Program-made: the position numbers and the translations under genes | Notes under the pieces: generated by a model | The model's input: only the letters and a program-made list of their open reading frames with translations | What the model was told of the DNA's origin: nothing | The model's database searches: none | Shown here: in pieces, positions 54,168 to 64,000 of the stretch | Position numbering within the stretch: position 1 is the stretch's first letter | How the letters are laid out: each line of letters opens with the position of its first letter | Source: an uncultured delta proteobacterium | GTDB lineage: Bacteria; Myxococcota; Myxococcia; Myxococcales; Myxococcaceae | NCBI GenBank assembly: GCA_963713045.1 | Contig: CAVQKE010000004.1 | Location: 160,001-224,000, forward strand | Direction: 5' to 3' | DNA length: 64,000 nucleotides

Positions 54168-54763
54168 ATGGCGCACAGGCGGTGTCATCCGCTACCGCCG
54201 CGCCGCGGCGCGCGCGAGAGGACACCGCGTGGCTGGGGATGCTCATCTTTCCTCGGCAGCTGGGCGATGATGTTCGCCTCGCTGTTCTTCGCTTACGGCG
54301 TCCTGCGTTTTCGGCAGCCGGCTGGCCGCCTCCAGGGACGCCGCAGCTGCCGCGCTTTTTGCCCGCCTTCAATACCGTGGTGCTCGGCCCTCAACGCCCT
54401 GGCACTGCAGCGCGCCTTGGCTCTGCCAGGCGCGCCGCCCAGAAAAAGACCGCGGCGATTCGGTGCGTCGGTCTCCTGGTCCTCGGGCTGGTCTTCCTCG
54501 GCCTTCAATGGTCCTCTGGACGAACCTCCTCGGTCGGGCCTGGAGCTCGAGGACGGCTCCCTGGCAGCAGTGGTGTACGGGCTGACCGGGTTTCACGCGC
54601 TGCACGTGCTGGGCGGCCTGCTTGGCCTCGGCCTCTGGTCCCAGCGGTGAGCAGCGGGACGCTAAACGCGGCGCGGAACAACCGGCTCCGTCTGTGGGTG
54701 ATGTACTGGCACTTCGTCGGGGTCGTTTGGCTGACCATGTACCTGCTCATTTTCGTCGTCTAG
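54168..54763 (+). CDS. Heme-copper oxidase subunit III (second copy; frameshifted)
   Basis: LGMLIFLGSW, LTGFHALHV, MYWHFVGVVW. Confidence 0.82.
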
Positions 54764-54775
54764 AGAGGTCTACCT

Positions 54776-55725
54776 GTGCGCTGCCTCACTGTCGCGCTGG
54801 TTTCTCTTCTCCTGCTCCCCGGCTTGCAGCCGGAGGACGCGACCTTCACCGCGCCGCAGAAGCTGGCGGGGAAAACGGTTTCGGCCGACGTCCTCAATAA
54901 GGGCCGCGTCCATTACCTCCAGTACTGCCGGCCTTGCCACGGTGACAAGGGCGATGGACGCGGCCCGTCTGCACCGGCTTTCGGCCGCCGCCCGCAACTT
55001 CACTCAAGGCGAATTCAAATTCGGCTGGGTGCTGGACCAGAAGCTGCCGCGCGACGAGGACTTGGTCCGCATCGTCAAGAAGCCCTGCACGGCACCGCGA
55101 TGCTGGGCTGGGAAGTTCCGGACGACTGAGCTGACGGCGATTATCCAATACATCAAGACGTTTTCTGACGCCTGGAAGGACGACGACGCGGTGGGGGAGC
55201 CAGTGGTGCCCGACAAGGACCCCTGGGTGGGCAAGGAATCCGCCGCCATCGCCCGGGGCAAGCTGCTGTACCATGGCTACACCCAGTGCCTCACCTGCCA
55301 CCCGGCCTACGCCACGCCGGAGGAAATCAGCGACGCCTCGAAGCAGCTGAGCGGTCAAGCCGAAGACGGACTTCCGCCCAGCGATGTACCAGCCCGAACT
55401 CAAGGACAGCGACTACACGGCCGCCGGGGACTTCAAGGTGAAGCTTTTGCCGCCGGACTTCCTGGTGAACCCCGTCAAGTCTCCGCGCGATGACTCACAG
55501 CTGGCGGACCTCTACCGTCTCTTGGTGGCGGGCGTGACGGGTGCGGCGATGCCGGCCTGGGACCCCAACGTCCTTCCCGAGAAGACGAGTGACGTCTGGG
55601 CACTCGCCTACTACGTCCGTTCGCTGATGCAGCTGCGAGGGACGACGGCCGGACTCGCCCTGCGTGCGAAACTCAACGCGATGCCACAGCCGGCACCCGC
55701 CGAGGTGAAGGGCGGCCCGCGCTAG
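54776..55725 (+). CDS. Second diheme cytochrome c (frameshifted)
   Basis: Signal peptide; CRPCH and CLTCH; RNFTQGEFKF, GTAM, GAAMPAW; paralogous to 49653..50444. Confidence 0.82.
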
Positions 55726-55757
55726 CCCCGCGCTAGCCCTGCGCTGGCCCTGCGCTA
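55714..55757. repeat. Tandem repeat, 4 x 11 nt
   Basis: GGCCCGCGCTA GCCCCGCGCTA GCCCTGCGCTG GCCCTGCGCTA, spanning the stop of the last cytochrome gene. Confidence 0.8.
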
Positions 55758-55818
55758 CACCAAGCTGCCACGCTGACCGCCTGGAGGCCAGAAGTACGGC
55801 TTGCCCAGGCAGATGCGC

Positions 55819-56658
55819 TCACCAGCGGAAGAGTGCCTCGGCGTTGTCATGAAACACTTGGGCTTGCTCCTGTGGGCTGAAGCCCAGGTGCCGGACGCTG
55901 GCCACCGCTTCATCCAGGCTTTTGAGGGGCCAGTCGGAGCCGAAGAGAATGCGGTCCACGCCGACCTCCCGGCACACCCACAACAGCTGGGTGGTGAAGG
56001 GCGAGTCCGAGTAGAGGGGCGCCAGGCCGGAGAGGTCAAACCAGACATTGCGCGTGGTGAAAGGGTGCAAGTCGAGGACGCGGAACAGCAGCACGTCGGT
56101 AAAGCGCACGCCGCCGAAGTGGGTGAGGACCAGTCGCGCCTGGGGGAGGGCCAGCGCCAGCTTTCCGACTTCGTAGGCTGCGTCCGGCCACCATCCCTCG
56201 ATGTACACCACCAGCTTGAGCGCGGTGGCGCGAGCCACCAGGGTGCGCACTTCGGGTAGGGCGAGGTCCAGTCGTTCCGGGGAAAGCTTCACTCCGGCGA
56301 AGCCCAGCGCCGCCACCCGTTCCATCTCTCGGAGGGCGGCGTCGCTGTCGGTGCTGGGCAGCGCTGCGACGGCGAAGACGTGTCCCGGGAAGGCCTGGGC
56401 AAAGGCCGCCAGGTTGTCATTGCCCTGACGGACGCTGGCGGCGTCCGCCGCCGGGGGCGGCACGGCCAGCAGCACCACCCGCTCGACATGGGCCTGTGCC
56501 ATCTCCTGTGGCAAGTCCGCTGCCTGCTGTCCGGAGGGCCGGTGCAGCTGGCCGGCGGAGTCGTAGTGCGCGTGCGCGTCCACCAGTGGCCCGGCAAACG
56601 GCGCCGCGCACCCCATCGGTGCAAGCAGCAGCAGCCATGCGGCGCGCGTCCGCTTCAT
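55819..56658 (-). CDS. Amidohydrolase_2-family lipoprotein
   Basis: Lipobox PMGC; DAHAH, GVKL, LTHFG, DRILFGSDWP, DNA. Confidence 0.85.
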   Translation of the reverse strand: MKRTRAAWLLLLAPMGCAAPFAGPLVDAHAHYDSAGQLHRPSGQQAADLPQEMAQAHVERVVLLAVPPPAADAASVRQGNDNLAAFAQAFPGHVFAVAALPSTDSDAALREMERVAALGFAGVKLSPERLDLALPEVRTLVARATALKLVVYIEGWWPDAAYEVGKLALALPQARLVLTHFGGVRFTDVLLFRVLDLHPFTTRNVWFDLSGLAPLYSDSPFTTQLLWVCREVGVDRILFGSDWPLKSLDEAVASVRHLGFSPQEQAQVFHDNAEALFRW

Positions 56659-59055
56659 TCGTCACGCAGGGTGATGCGTGTCACGCCGTCACCCCCTTGG
56701 TGGGCTTCGCCCGCCTGGTGGTTTTGGACGTAGGGCGAGGCCGACAGTGCGGCGCGCAGCGCCTGACGCAGGGCGCCAGTGCCGTGCCCGTGCACCACCA
56801 GCACAGCGGACTGGCCGTCGCGGAAGGCCTTGTCCAGAAAGCCGTCCACCTCGCGCAGCGCCTCGTCGGTCCGCAGCCCCCGCACATCCAGGCGCGGGAC
56901 ACCGCCTTCCAAGGGGGCGGGCGCCGCCGCCTGGGCGCGGGCCTCCGCCGCCTGTCGACGCGCCGAGGCGCCCAGGCGGTGGGGTGAAGCCTTCTGCTGG
57001 GGAGCCGTCAATAACTGCAGCGGCACCCGCAGCTTGAGGGCGCCAGCCGTCACCACCGCTTCCTGCCCCTCCAGCGCGAGAAGCTCCACGTCCCGGCCGA
57101 GGCCCAGGTGGTGCAGGCGGGCGCGCACCTCCAGCGCCGCCGGCGTCTGGCTGTGCGCGCGAGCCCGGGCGACACGGCTGGTCTCCGCCCTGGCGCGCGC
57201 CTGTTGGGCTTGCGCCTGAAGCTGCATCTTCACAGCCTCGGCCCGCTCCAGCGAGGCGGTGGCACGAAGCTCTGCCACCAGCGCCGTCACTTCCGTGAGC
57301 GAACGCTGCGCTTCCTCGGCCAACGCTTGGCTGTGCTGGGCCTCGCTGGCCCGCGCTGCTTCCTCCGCGGCCACGGTTTGTGCCTGCAGCTGAAGCGCAC
57401 GCGCCGTCGCCTCGGCCGCCGCTTCTCGGGCGCTTTGGGTGGCGGTGGCAAGCGCGCGGCGCTCGGCTTCCAGGGCAGTCAGTGCCTGGGAAAGGGGGCC
57501 GCCCGCGCCAGTGGCCAGGGCCCGCGCCCGGGCCACGACGTCCGGCGGAAGGCCCATGCGCTCGGCCAATTCAATCGCCGAAGAGCTGCCGGACTGGCCC
57601 AGTTGAAGCCGGTAGGTGGGCGCCATTCGCCGGGCGTCGAAACCCACCCGGGCATTCAGAAAGCGGCCATCGACATGGGTCAGGGCCTTCAACTCCTCCA
57701 GGTGGGTGGTGACCAGGGCTCGCGCGCCGCGGTTGAGAAGCTCCTCCAACAGGGCGATGGCCAGTGCCGCGCCTTCCCGCGGGTCGGTGTCGGCAGCAAT
57801 CTCGTCAATCAGGACGAGGCTGCCCGGGCCGGCCGCCTCGGCAATGCGCTGTAACTCGGCAAGGTGCGCGCTGAAGGTGGACAGCCCAGCGCCCAAGTCT
57901 TGGGCGTCCCCCACGGCCGAGTGGACCGAGGCGTAAAGGGGGACTCGGCTGCCGGGAGCGGCCGGGAGCGGCAGCCCGGCGCGCAGCATGAGGCTGCAGA
58001 GGCCCACGGCGGTCAGCGTCACGGTTTTGCCCCCGGCATTGGGGCCGGAAATGACGAGGGCGCGGACCTCTCCGGTCAGCTGCACGTCATTGGGGACAAC
58101 CTCCACCCCACGCAGCACCAGCAGCGGGTGGCGCAGTTGAAGGAGGGAGAGGGGGCCGTCGGCCGGTTCCAGTTTCGGCGGGGCCGCGTCCAGAGGCCTG
58201 GGCCAGCTTCGCTGCGGCCTCCGCCTCATCCAGCTGGGCAGCGGCGGAGACGCCAGCAGCCAGGGCCTCCGCCTGGGCGCCCACCCGGGCGGACAATTCA
58301 AGCAACACCCGGCGCTCCTCTTCCAGCACCAGGGACTCGGCAATGGCCAAGTCGTTGCCCAGGCCCACCAGCTGCTGCGGCTCGACAAACAGTGTCTGTC
58401 CAGTCTGGCTGGCGTTGTGGACAATGCCCGGCACTTCGGCGCGGTCCTGGGCCAGGACGGGCAGCACGTAGCGCCCGTTGCGCACCGAGTAGTAGCCCTC
58501 GCGCAGGTGGACGGCGAAGGAGGGCTCGCTCAGCAGTGTCTCCAGCCGGCCCTTGAGGGCGCGGTGCAGTCCCCGCACCCGGGTGCGGGCCTCTCGCAGC
58601 GTGGCGCTGGCACGTTCCGAGACGGTGCCATCGGCTTCGAGGCTGTTGTCCAGTCGCGCGGCCAGCGCTTGGAGGTCCGGGAGGGCGCGCCCAACAGCGG
58701 CCAGGCCCGGCAAGGCCTGCTCCCGCAGGGCCAGCACGGCAACCGTGCGCGAGAAGGCGAACAGCGTGCGCGCCACCGCCTGCAGCTCGCCCGGCTCCAG
58801 AAGCGCCCCTCGGGCGGCGCGCTCCGCCTTCTCGCGGACGTCGAAGACGGCCTCCAGCGGCAACGCCTCCCCTTGGGCCAGAAGCCCTCGGGCTTCCTCC
58901 ACCAACGCCAGCGCCGTCCGGATGCTGTCTGCGCCGTCGAGGAAGGCACGGGCGCGAGCCCGCTCGCGCCCGACGTCCGTCCGGCAGCGTGCGGCCAGCG
59001 CGTCCAGCACGTTTGCGTAGGCGAGGTCGTGCAGCGTTCGCGCGGAAAAGGCCAA
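56655..59055 (-). CDS. mutS2: Endonuclease MutS2 (frameshift near 58190)
   Basis: RNGRYVLPV, SQTGQTLFVEP, GPNAGGKT, STFSAH, DEIAADTDP, Smr domain LDVRG...HGHGTG. Confidence 0.92.
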
Positions 59056-59143
59056 GGCGCCCTCTGGTGTCAGCTGTCTCTCGGTGCCTTGTCAAGCGGT
59101 TGAGACCGTCCACCGGGCTCTGCTAGGAGCGCCTTTCCTCGTG

Positions 59144-59833
59144 ATGCGTCTGGTCCCCATGCTGAGCTTTCTTCTGGCGGTCCCGGCCAACGTGCCGGCG
59201 CCTCCGGGCGTGGCGGCGGTGCTGGCCCTGGAGCAGTCAGGCCATGACGAGGCGGCGCTGGCGCTGGCGGAGGCGTTGTCCCGGGGCACGCCGCCTTCGG
59301 CCTTGCCCCACCTGGAAGCCGTGCGGCTGGGGCTGAAGCTGGGCCGAGAGCCAGCCACCCTCGAGCCGCACCTGCAGGCGGCGCGCGCCTTGGCGCCGGA
59401 CAATCCGCGGGGGCGCTACCTGGCGGGCGTTCTCAAGGAGGGGGAGGGCGATGACGCCGCGGCCCGCGCCCTGTACCTGGAAGCCATTTCCCTGCGCCAA
59501 AGCTACACCGAGGCGCGCTCGCGGCTTCTGGCGCTGGCCATTCGAGGCCGGGACTGGGCGCTGGCCGAGGTCCAGCTTCGGGCGTTGTTGGTGCTGGGAG
59601 AGCGCTCCGTGGGCAAGCGCCTGGAGCTGGCACGGGTGTTGGAGGAAGGCGGCAAGCTGTCCCAGTCCGAGACGGTGCTGTTGGCGCTGCACTACGAAGC
59701 GCCCGGCAATGCCACCGTCACCGCGGCGCTGGCGGACTATTACCAAAGGCACAACCGGATGCAGGAGTCGCTGGCCCTGCGCCGCTCGGCCCCGGAGAAG
59801 AAACTCCGCCCGCTGCCGCCGTCGCGGCGCTAG
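59144..59833 (+). CDS. Exported TPR-like protein
   Basis: Hydrophobic N-terminus; helical TPR-like repeats (APDNPRGRY, APGNATV). Confidence 0.7.
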   Translation: MRLVPMLSFLLAVPANVPAPPGVAAVLALEQSGHDEAALALAEALSRGTPPSALPHLEAVRLGLKLGREPATLEPHLQAARALAPDNPRGRYLAGVLKEGEGDDAAARALYLEAISLRQSYTEARSRLLALAIRGRDWALAEVQLRALLVLGERSVGKRLELARVLEEGGKLSQSETVLLALHYEAPGNATVTAALADYYQRHNRMQESLALRRSAPEKKLRPLPPSRR

Positions 59834-59847
59834 CGTGGGCGCCCAAG

Positions 59848-61026
59848 ATGGGCGTGAAGACGGGACTGGACGTCTGGGCCGCTCACGGCTTTCGCGCGCT
59901 GCGCGGGCGGAAGGTGGGTGCCATCTGCAACCCCACCAGCGTGGACGGGCGCTTCCACCACCTCGGCGACTTGTTGGCCGCCGCGCCGGACGTGACGCTG
60001 TCGGCCCTCTTCGGCCCGGAGCATGGCGTTCGCGGTGAGGCGCAGTACATGGAGGCTGTCACCTCGTCCGTGGACGCGCGCACCGGCGTCCCGGTGCATT
60101 CCCTGTACGGTGCCGACGCCGGGTCGCTGCGGCCTCGGGCCGAGTGGCTGGATGGGCTGGACGTGGTCCTCTTCGACGTCCAGGACGTGGGGGCGCGCTA
60201 CTACACCTACCTGGCCACCATGGCGCTGGCCATGGAGGCCTGCGCCAAGGCCGGGGTGGCCTTCGTCGTGCTGGACCGGCCCAACCCGCTGGGCGGGCTG
60301 TTGGTGGAGGGAAACCGCGTCGCGCCCGGCTTTCGCTCCTTCGTCGGGCTGTACGACGTCCCAGCGCGCCATGGGCTGACGGCCGGAGAGCTGGCACGGC
60401 TGGTGGAGGCCGAGCAGCGCTGGGGGACGGAGCTGACGGTGGTGCCCTGCGAGGGCTACACCCGCGCCATGGCCTGGGGGGACACCGGGCTGCACTTCAT
60501 CCCGCCCTCGCCCAACATGCCCACGGTGGACACCGCCCTCGTCTACCCCGGCATGTGTCTTCTGGAGGGCACCAACCTCTCCGAGGGACGCGGGACCTGC
60601 CGGCCCTTCGAGCAATTCGGCGCGCCTTGGCTTCAGGCGCGGGCCGTGGCGCAGGCCTTGCTCGCCTTGCAGCTGCCCGGCCTGGCAGTTCGGCCGGTGT
60701 CTTTCACTCCCACCTTCGACAAGCACCAAGGTGTTTCCTGCGCCGGGGGCTTTCTGCACGTGGTGGACCGGGCCGCCTTCCGGCCGGTGCGCACCGGGCT
60801 GGCGGTGGTGACGGCGGCCCGGGGCCTCGCCCCGGCGGACTTTGCCTGGCGAGCGGACGCCTATGAATTTGTCCGCGGCACTCCGGCCTTTGACTTGCTG
60901 TGCGGGACCGACAGTGTCCGACTGGCGCTGGAGGCGGGCGCTTCCTTTCCGGACACCGCACGCCTTCTGGACGATGCGGCGCAGGCCTTCGTCGAGCGGC
61001 GCCGGCCCTATTTGCTTTACGCTTGA
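59848..61026 (+). CDS. namZ: Exo-beta-N-acetylmuramidase NamZ (DUF1343)
   Basis: FGPEHG, FDVQDVGARYYTY, DRPNP, PSPNMP, SEGRGT..PFE. Confidence 0.9.
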   Translation: MGVKTGLDVWAAHGFRALRGRKVGAICNPTSVDGRFHHLGDLLAAAPDVTLSALFGPEHGVRGEAQYMEAVTSSVDARTGVPVHSLYGADAGSLRPRAEWLDGLDVVLFDVQDVGARYYTYLATMALAMEACAKAGVAFVVLDRPNPLGGLLVEGNRVAPGFRSFVGLYDVPARHGLTAGELARLVEAEQRWGTELTVVPCEGYTRAMAWGDTGLHFIPPSPNMPTVDTALVYPGMCLLEGTNLSEGRGTCRPFEQFGAPWLQARAVAQALLALQLPGLAVRPVSFTPTFDKHQGVSCAGGFLHVVDRAAFRPVRTGLAVVTAARGLAPADFAWRADAYEFVRGTPAFDLLCGTDSVRLALEAGASFPDTARLLDDAAQAFVERRRPYLLYA

Positions 61027-61034
61027 GGCGAGGC

Positions 61035-61580
61035 ATGGACGTCGCACTCATCGGCGGCTCCTTCAACCCGCCCCACGTCGGGCATCTCCTGGCGGCCCAC
61101 TTCGTCAGAGCCACTGAGGCGGTGGACGCGGTGTGGCTGGTCCCGGCGGACCACCACCCCTACGGCAAGCAGCTCGCCCCCTTCCAACACCGGCAGCGGA
61201 TGTGTGAACTCCTCTGCGCTGACACTCCGGAGTGGCTCCAGGTGTCGGATGTGGAGCACCGCCTGGGGGGCCGAGGCCGCACGGTGGACACCCTGCGCCA
61301 TCTGGTTGCCAGTTACCCCGCGCACCGCTGGACGCTGGTGCTGGGAAGTGACCTGTACGCGGACTTTCCCAACTGGAAGGAGCCCGAGGCCATTGCTTCC
61401 ATGGCGCGTCTGTTGGTGCTGAACCGCGCCGGCCACCCCTCCCCAGCGGCGGTGGGCCCGGCCATGGCGCACGTCTCCAGCAGCGAGGTGCGCGAGGCGC
61501 TGGCCGAAGGCAAGGACGTGACGCACCTGGTCCCGCGTGCGGTGCTGGCCTATGCCCTGGCGATGGGCCTCTACCGGTAG
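61035..61580 (+). CDS. nadD: Nicotinate-nucleotide adenylyltransferase
   Basis: GGSFNPPHVGH, TVDTL, LGSD, VSSSEVR. Confidence 0.93.
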   Translation: MDVALIGGSFNPPHVGHLLAAHFVRATEAVDAVWLVPADHHPYGKQLAPFQHRQRMCELLCADTPEWLQVSDVEHRLGGRGRTVDTLRHLVASYPAHRWTLVLGSDLYADFPNWKEPEAIASMARLLVLNRAGHPSPAAVGPAMAHVSSSEVREALAEGKDVTHLVPRAVLAYALAMGLYR

Positions 61581-61591
61581 GCTTTTCCTGG

Positions 61592-64000
61592 CTATTCGAC
61601 GGCGATGCCGAAGGTGTTGAGGGCGCCCAGGCCGTCGTCAAAGCGCCAGGCGAACTGGTAGTAAAAAGACAGCGCCAGCGCGCCGCCAAAGGTGGTGCGC
61701 AGCAGCACTGCCGCCCCGGCCACCCGGTGGACAGTCCAGCCGACGTCGCGCGTCCAGGCGACGTTTGCAAACGCCTCGAGGTCCACCTGCCTCAGGAAGA
61801 GGGAGGGCAGCACCCACAGCACCGAGGCCCAGCCGCGGTCGATGATGAGAGGAAAGTCGTACAACGCGCCGGCAATGACGGCGCTGTCACAGCGCAGCGT
61901 GGTGTCTTCGTACCCCCGCAGCGGCTGGACGAAAGCAATGTTGGGGAACACGGCGAGGTTGGGGCCCGCTTGGGCATAGCTGGGGCCGGGGTGCCATTCG
62001 TAGAGGCCGTAGGGCACGCCGCCCACCTCCAAAAGCCGGGCCGGGGCGCCGGGCAGGGTGCGGCCGGTGAGGGACAGAAAGAGGTTGTCCCGGTCATACC
62101 AAGGCAGGGGCAGCCAGCCGCCCACGGTGGCCCCCAGGTCTCCAAAGTGCAGCGTCCCCAAGGGGAAGTAGGCCGCCTCGCCTGCCAGGAGAAGTCCAAG
62201 CCGCACGCCGCCGTAGGGCGTCGTCTGGGCGGCCTCCCAGACGGCGGATAGCACCGGGCCGCCGAGGGTGGCCTGCAGCGTGGCGGGCCCGGAAGCCTCG
62301 CTGCGGTGCAGGAGGAGGAAGCTGAGGGTGACGGGCGTCGTCCAAAACGTCTCCTGCGCAGCGAGGGTAAGGCTGTAGTCCACGACGCCGGGGGCGGCCG
62401 CACGGGCGGCCACCACCTCCAGCCAGAGGGGCGCCAGCTGGTAGTTGCCGTAGCCGATGCTGACGCTGGGCCCTGGGTTGTCTGCTTCGTAATAGAGGTT
62501 CAAAGCGTAGGAGTGCAGCCCAAGCCGGTCCACGCCCTGCACCGAAACCCCGACGACAGGGACGTACTGGGTGCCGCCGTTGGAGTTGGTGCGGCTGGTG
62601 AAGGCGATGAAGGGCGTCCGGAAGTTGGGCCAGAAGTCTTCGAAGGCTGGGGCCGGCGCGTCCTTGGCCACCAGCACCGTCCCTGGAGGGTTGAGGACCG
62701 GGGGCAGGGGCGGAAGCACCAACTCCTCTTCCTCCGTGGAGTTGGCCGGAAGAGGGGAGGGCCGCGGGGGCAGCGTCACTTCGTCCAGCGTCCAGCCGTA
62801 GCCGTCTCGATTGATGAGTGCGAGGCGCCCATTGGGCAGCGGGGAGGGGTCCAGCGCGCCGTAGGGGACGTCCGTCACCACGTCCACGGCTCCGCTGGGC
62901 ACGTCCAAGCGGGCCACCTGGGCCCGCCCCTCCACCTCCCGGAGCGCCACCAGCGTCGTCGCGTCGAGCCAGCGCGCGTCGTAGTTGAAGCGCCCGTCGG
63001 TGGTGAGGGCGCGGGTGGTGCCGTCCGGGAAGAGGAGCCACAAGTCAAAGCCCGCGTCGCTGCGGCGGCTGAACGCCACCCAGCGGCCATCCGGTGAAGG
63101 CCGAGGGCCGGACAGTGTGACGTTACCGGTGAAGTGGGTGAGCGCAGTCCGCACGCCACTGGACAAGTCGAGCCGGAAAATATTGGCCGTGTCCCCCTCA
63201 CTCTGCACGGAGAGGTAGCTTCGTCCGTCGGGCGTGAGGCCTCCCCCCATGCCTTGCAGCCCATCCCACGTCCGCAGCAAGTGCCCGGTGGCGCTGTCCA
63301 ACTCCAACAGCCGGGGGATGGAGGTGCCCTCCTCTGAGACATCCGCCAGCACCAGGTAGAGGCGGCTCCCGTCGGCGGAGAAGGTGAGGCCGCTGACGGC
63401 AAGCGGGCTGGTGGCGATGTAGGGGCGCACCGGAAGCAGCTGGGCCAAGGGGTACTGAAGCAGACGCTGGCCGTCGGGCCCGCGGATGCGCAACTGCGCC
63501 ACCGAATCCAGCCCTACCAGCACCACCGCCACTCGCCCGTCCGCAGCCGTTGTCGCTCGAGCGAAATAGCCCAGGGAAGCATCCAGCACCCGTTGGGTGT
63601 CCGGCCGCTGGCGTGGCTGTAGGGTGCGGGCAAGTTCCTTGGCGTATTCGCCGATGAGGGCGCCGATGCTGAGGCCGTAAATCTCCTTGAAGCGCAAGGT
63701 GACGCCCAACGGAGACAGCCAGCTGTGGCCCTGGAGGTTGACGAATTGCCACAGCTTTTCCTCGCCGTAGGTGTGCGCCAGCCACTTCACGAAGAATTCG
63801 CCGGTGAGGTAGTTGGCGCCCACCGGCAGGAATTCGCGGTTGGTGAGGATGAGGTCCCCGGGGGCAAGCTCGCCCCCGCGGACAGCGACGATGGACTCAA
63901 ACATTCCGTGCCACAGCGGGCTGTGGGGCCGTCCAACGCTTTTGTCCAGGCGCCCCTCATAGAAGGTGGCCAGCCCCTCGAGAAACCAGCTTTCCGGCAA
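61592..64000 (-). CDS. Large outer-membrane protein, 5'-truncated by the window: peptidase MA-like tail, TolB/PD40 propeller, C-terminal beta-barrel
   Basis: WFLEGLATFYE, FSADG / SPDGRWVAF repeats, barrel-like C-terminus with LRGY. Confidence 0.7.
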   Translation of the reverse strand: MPESWFLEGLATFYEGRLDKSVGRPHSPLWHGMFESIVAVRGGELAPGDLILTNREFLPVGANYLTGEFFVKWLAHTYGEEKLWQFVNLQGHSWLSPLGVTLRFKEIYGLSIGALIGEYAKELARTLQPRQRPDTQRVLDASLGYFARATTAADGRVAVVLVGLDSVAQLRIRGPDGQRLLQYPLAQLLPVRPYIATSPLAVSGLTFSADGSRLYLVLADVSEEGTSIPRLLELDSATGHLLRTWDGLQGMGGGLTPDGRSYLSVQSEGDTANIFRLDLSSGVRTALTHFTGNVTLSGPRPSPDGRWVAFSRRSDAGFDLWLLFPDGTTRALTTDGRFNYDARWLDATTLVALREVEGRAQVARLDVPSGAVDVVTDVPYGALDPSPLPNGRLALINRDGYGWTLDEVTLPPRPSPLPANSTEEEELVLPPLPPVLNPPGTVLVAKDAPAPAFEDFWPNFRTPFIAFTSRTNSNGGTQYVPVVGVSVQGVDRLGLHSYALNLYYEADNPGPSVSIGYGNYQLAPLWLEVVAARAAAPGVVDYSLTLAAQETFWTTPVTLSFLLLHRSEASGPATLQATLGGPVLSAVWEAAQTTPYGGVRLGLLLAGEAAYFPLGTLHFGDLGATVGGWLPLPWYDRDNLFLSLTGRTLPGAPARLLEVGGVPYGLYEWHPGPSYAQAGPNLAVFPNIAFVQPLRGYEDTTLRCDSAVIAGALYDFPLIIDRGWASVLWVLPSLFLRQVDLEAFANVAWTRDVGWTVHRVAGAAVLLRTTFGGALALSFYYQFAWRFDDGLGALNTFGIAVE

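Overview
A GC-rich bacterial window, most likely Myxococcota. This is inferred from the lpdA-lipA-E2-ClpX-zinc-finger-lipB/NUDIX block, a Ser/Thr kinase, many lipoproteins and beta-barrels, and an EXPERA protein. Most of it is housekeeping or accessory: pta with an ackA remnant, an FAD monooxygenase, pfkA, a lipase, mdtABC plus an outer-membrane factor with a LytS/LytTR pair, a DEAD-box helicase, TPP riboswitch-thiC, an HD-GYP regulator, thiO, lipoate genes, ribA, moeA, rnr, mutS2, namZ, nadD and a partial peptidase/beta-propeller/barrel protein. Two signals stand out. (1) At 140-913 (minus strand) an exported outer-membrane beta-barrel gene is split by one in-frame TGA that sits exactly at the first residue after the signal peptide. 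A hairpin with E. coli fdhF-SECIS geometry follows it, making this a candidate unannotated outer-membrane selenoprotein. (2) At about 46.6-55.7 kb a Cyc2-like cytochrome-porin fusion is clustered with a cupredoxin, a SCO-like protein, two diheme cytochromes c and an atypical A-type heme-copper oxidase. This rus-operon-like layout suggests extracellular electron uptake, possibly Fe(II) oxidation, in a myxobacterium. Many single-base frameshifts, densest at 46.7-55.4 kb, look like long-read sequencing errors. All calls come from reading motifs by eye; no database searches were run.
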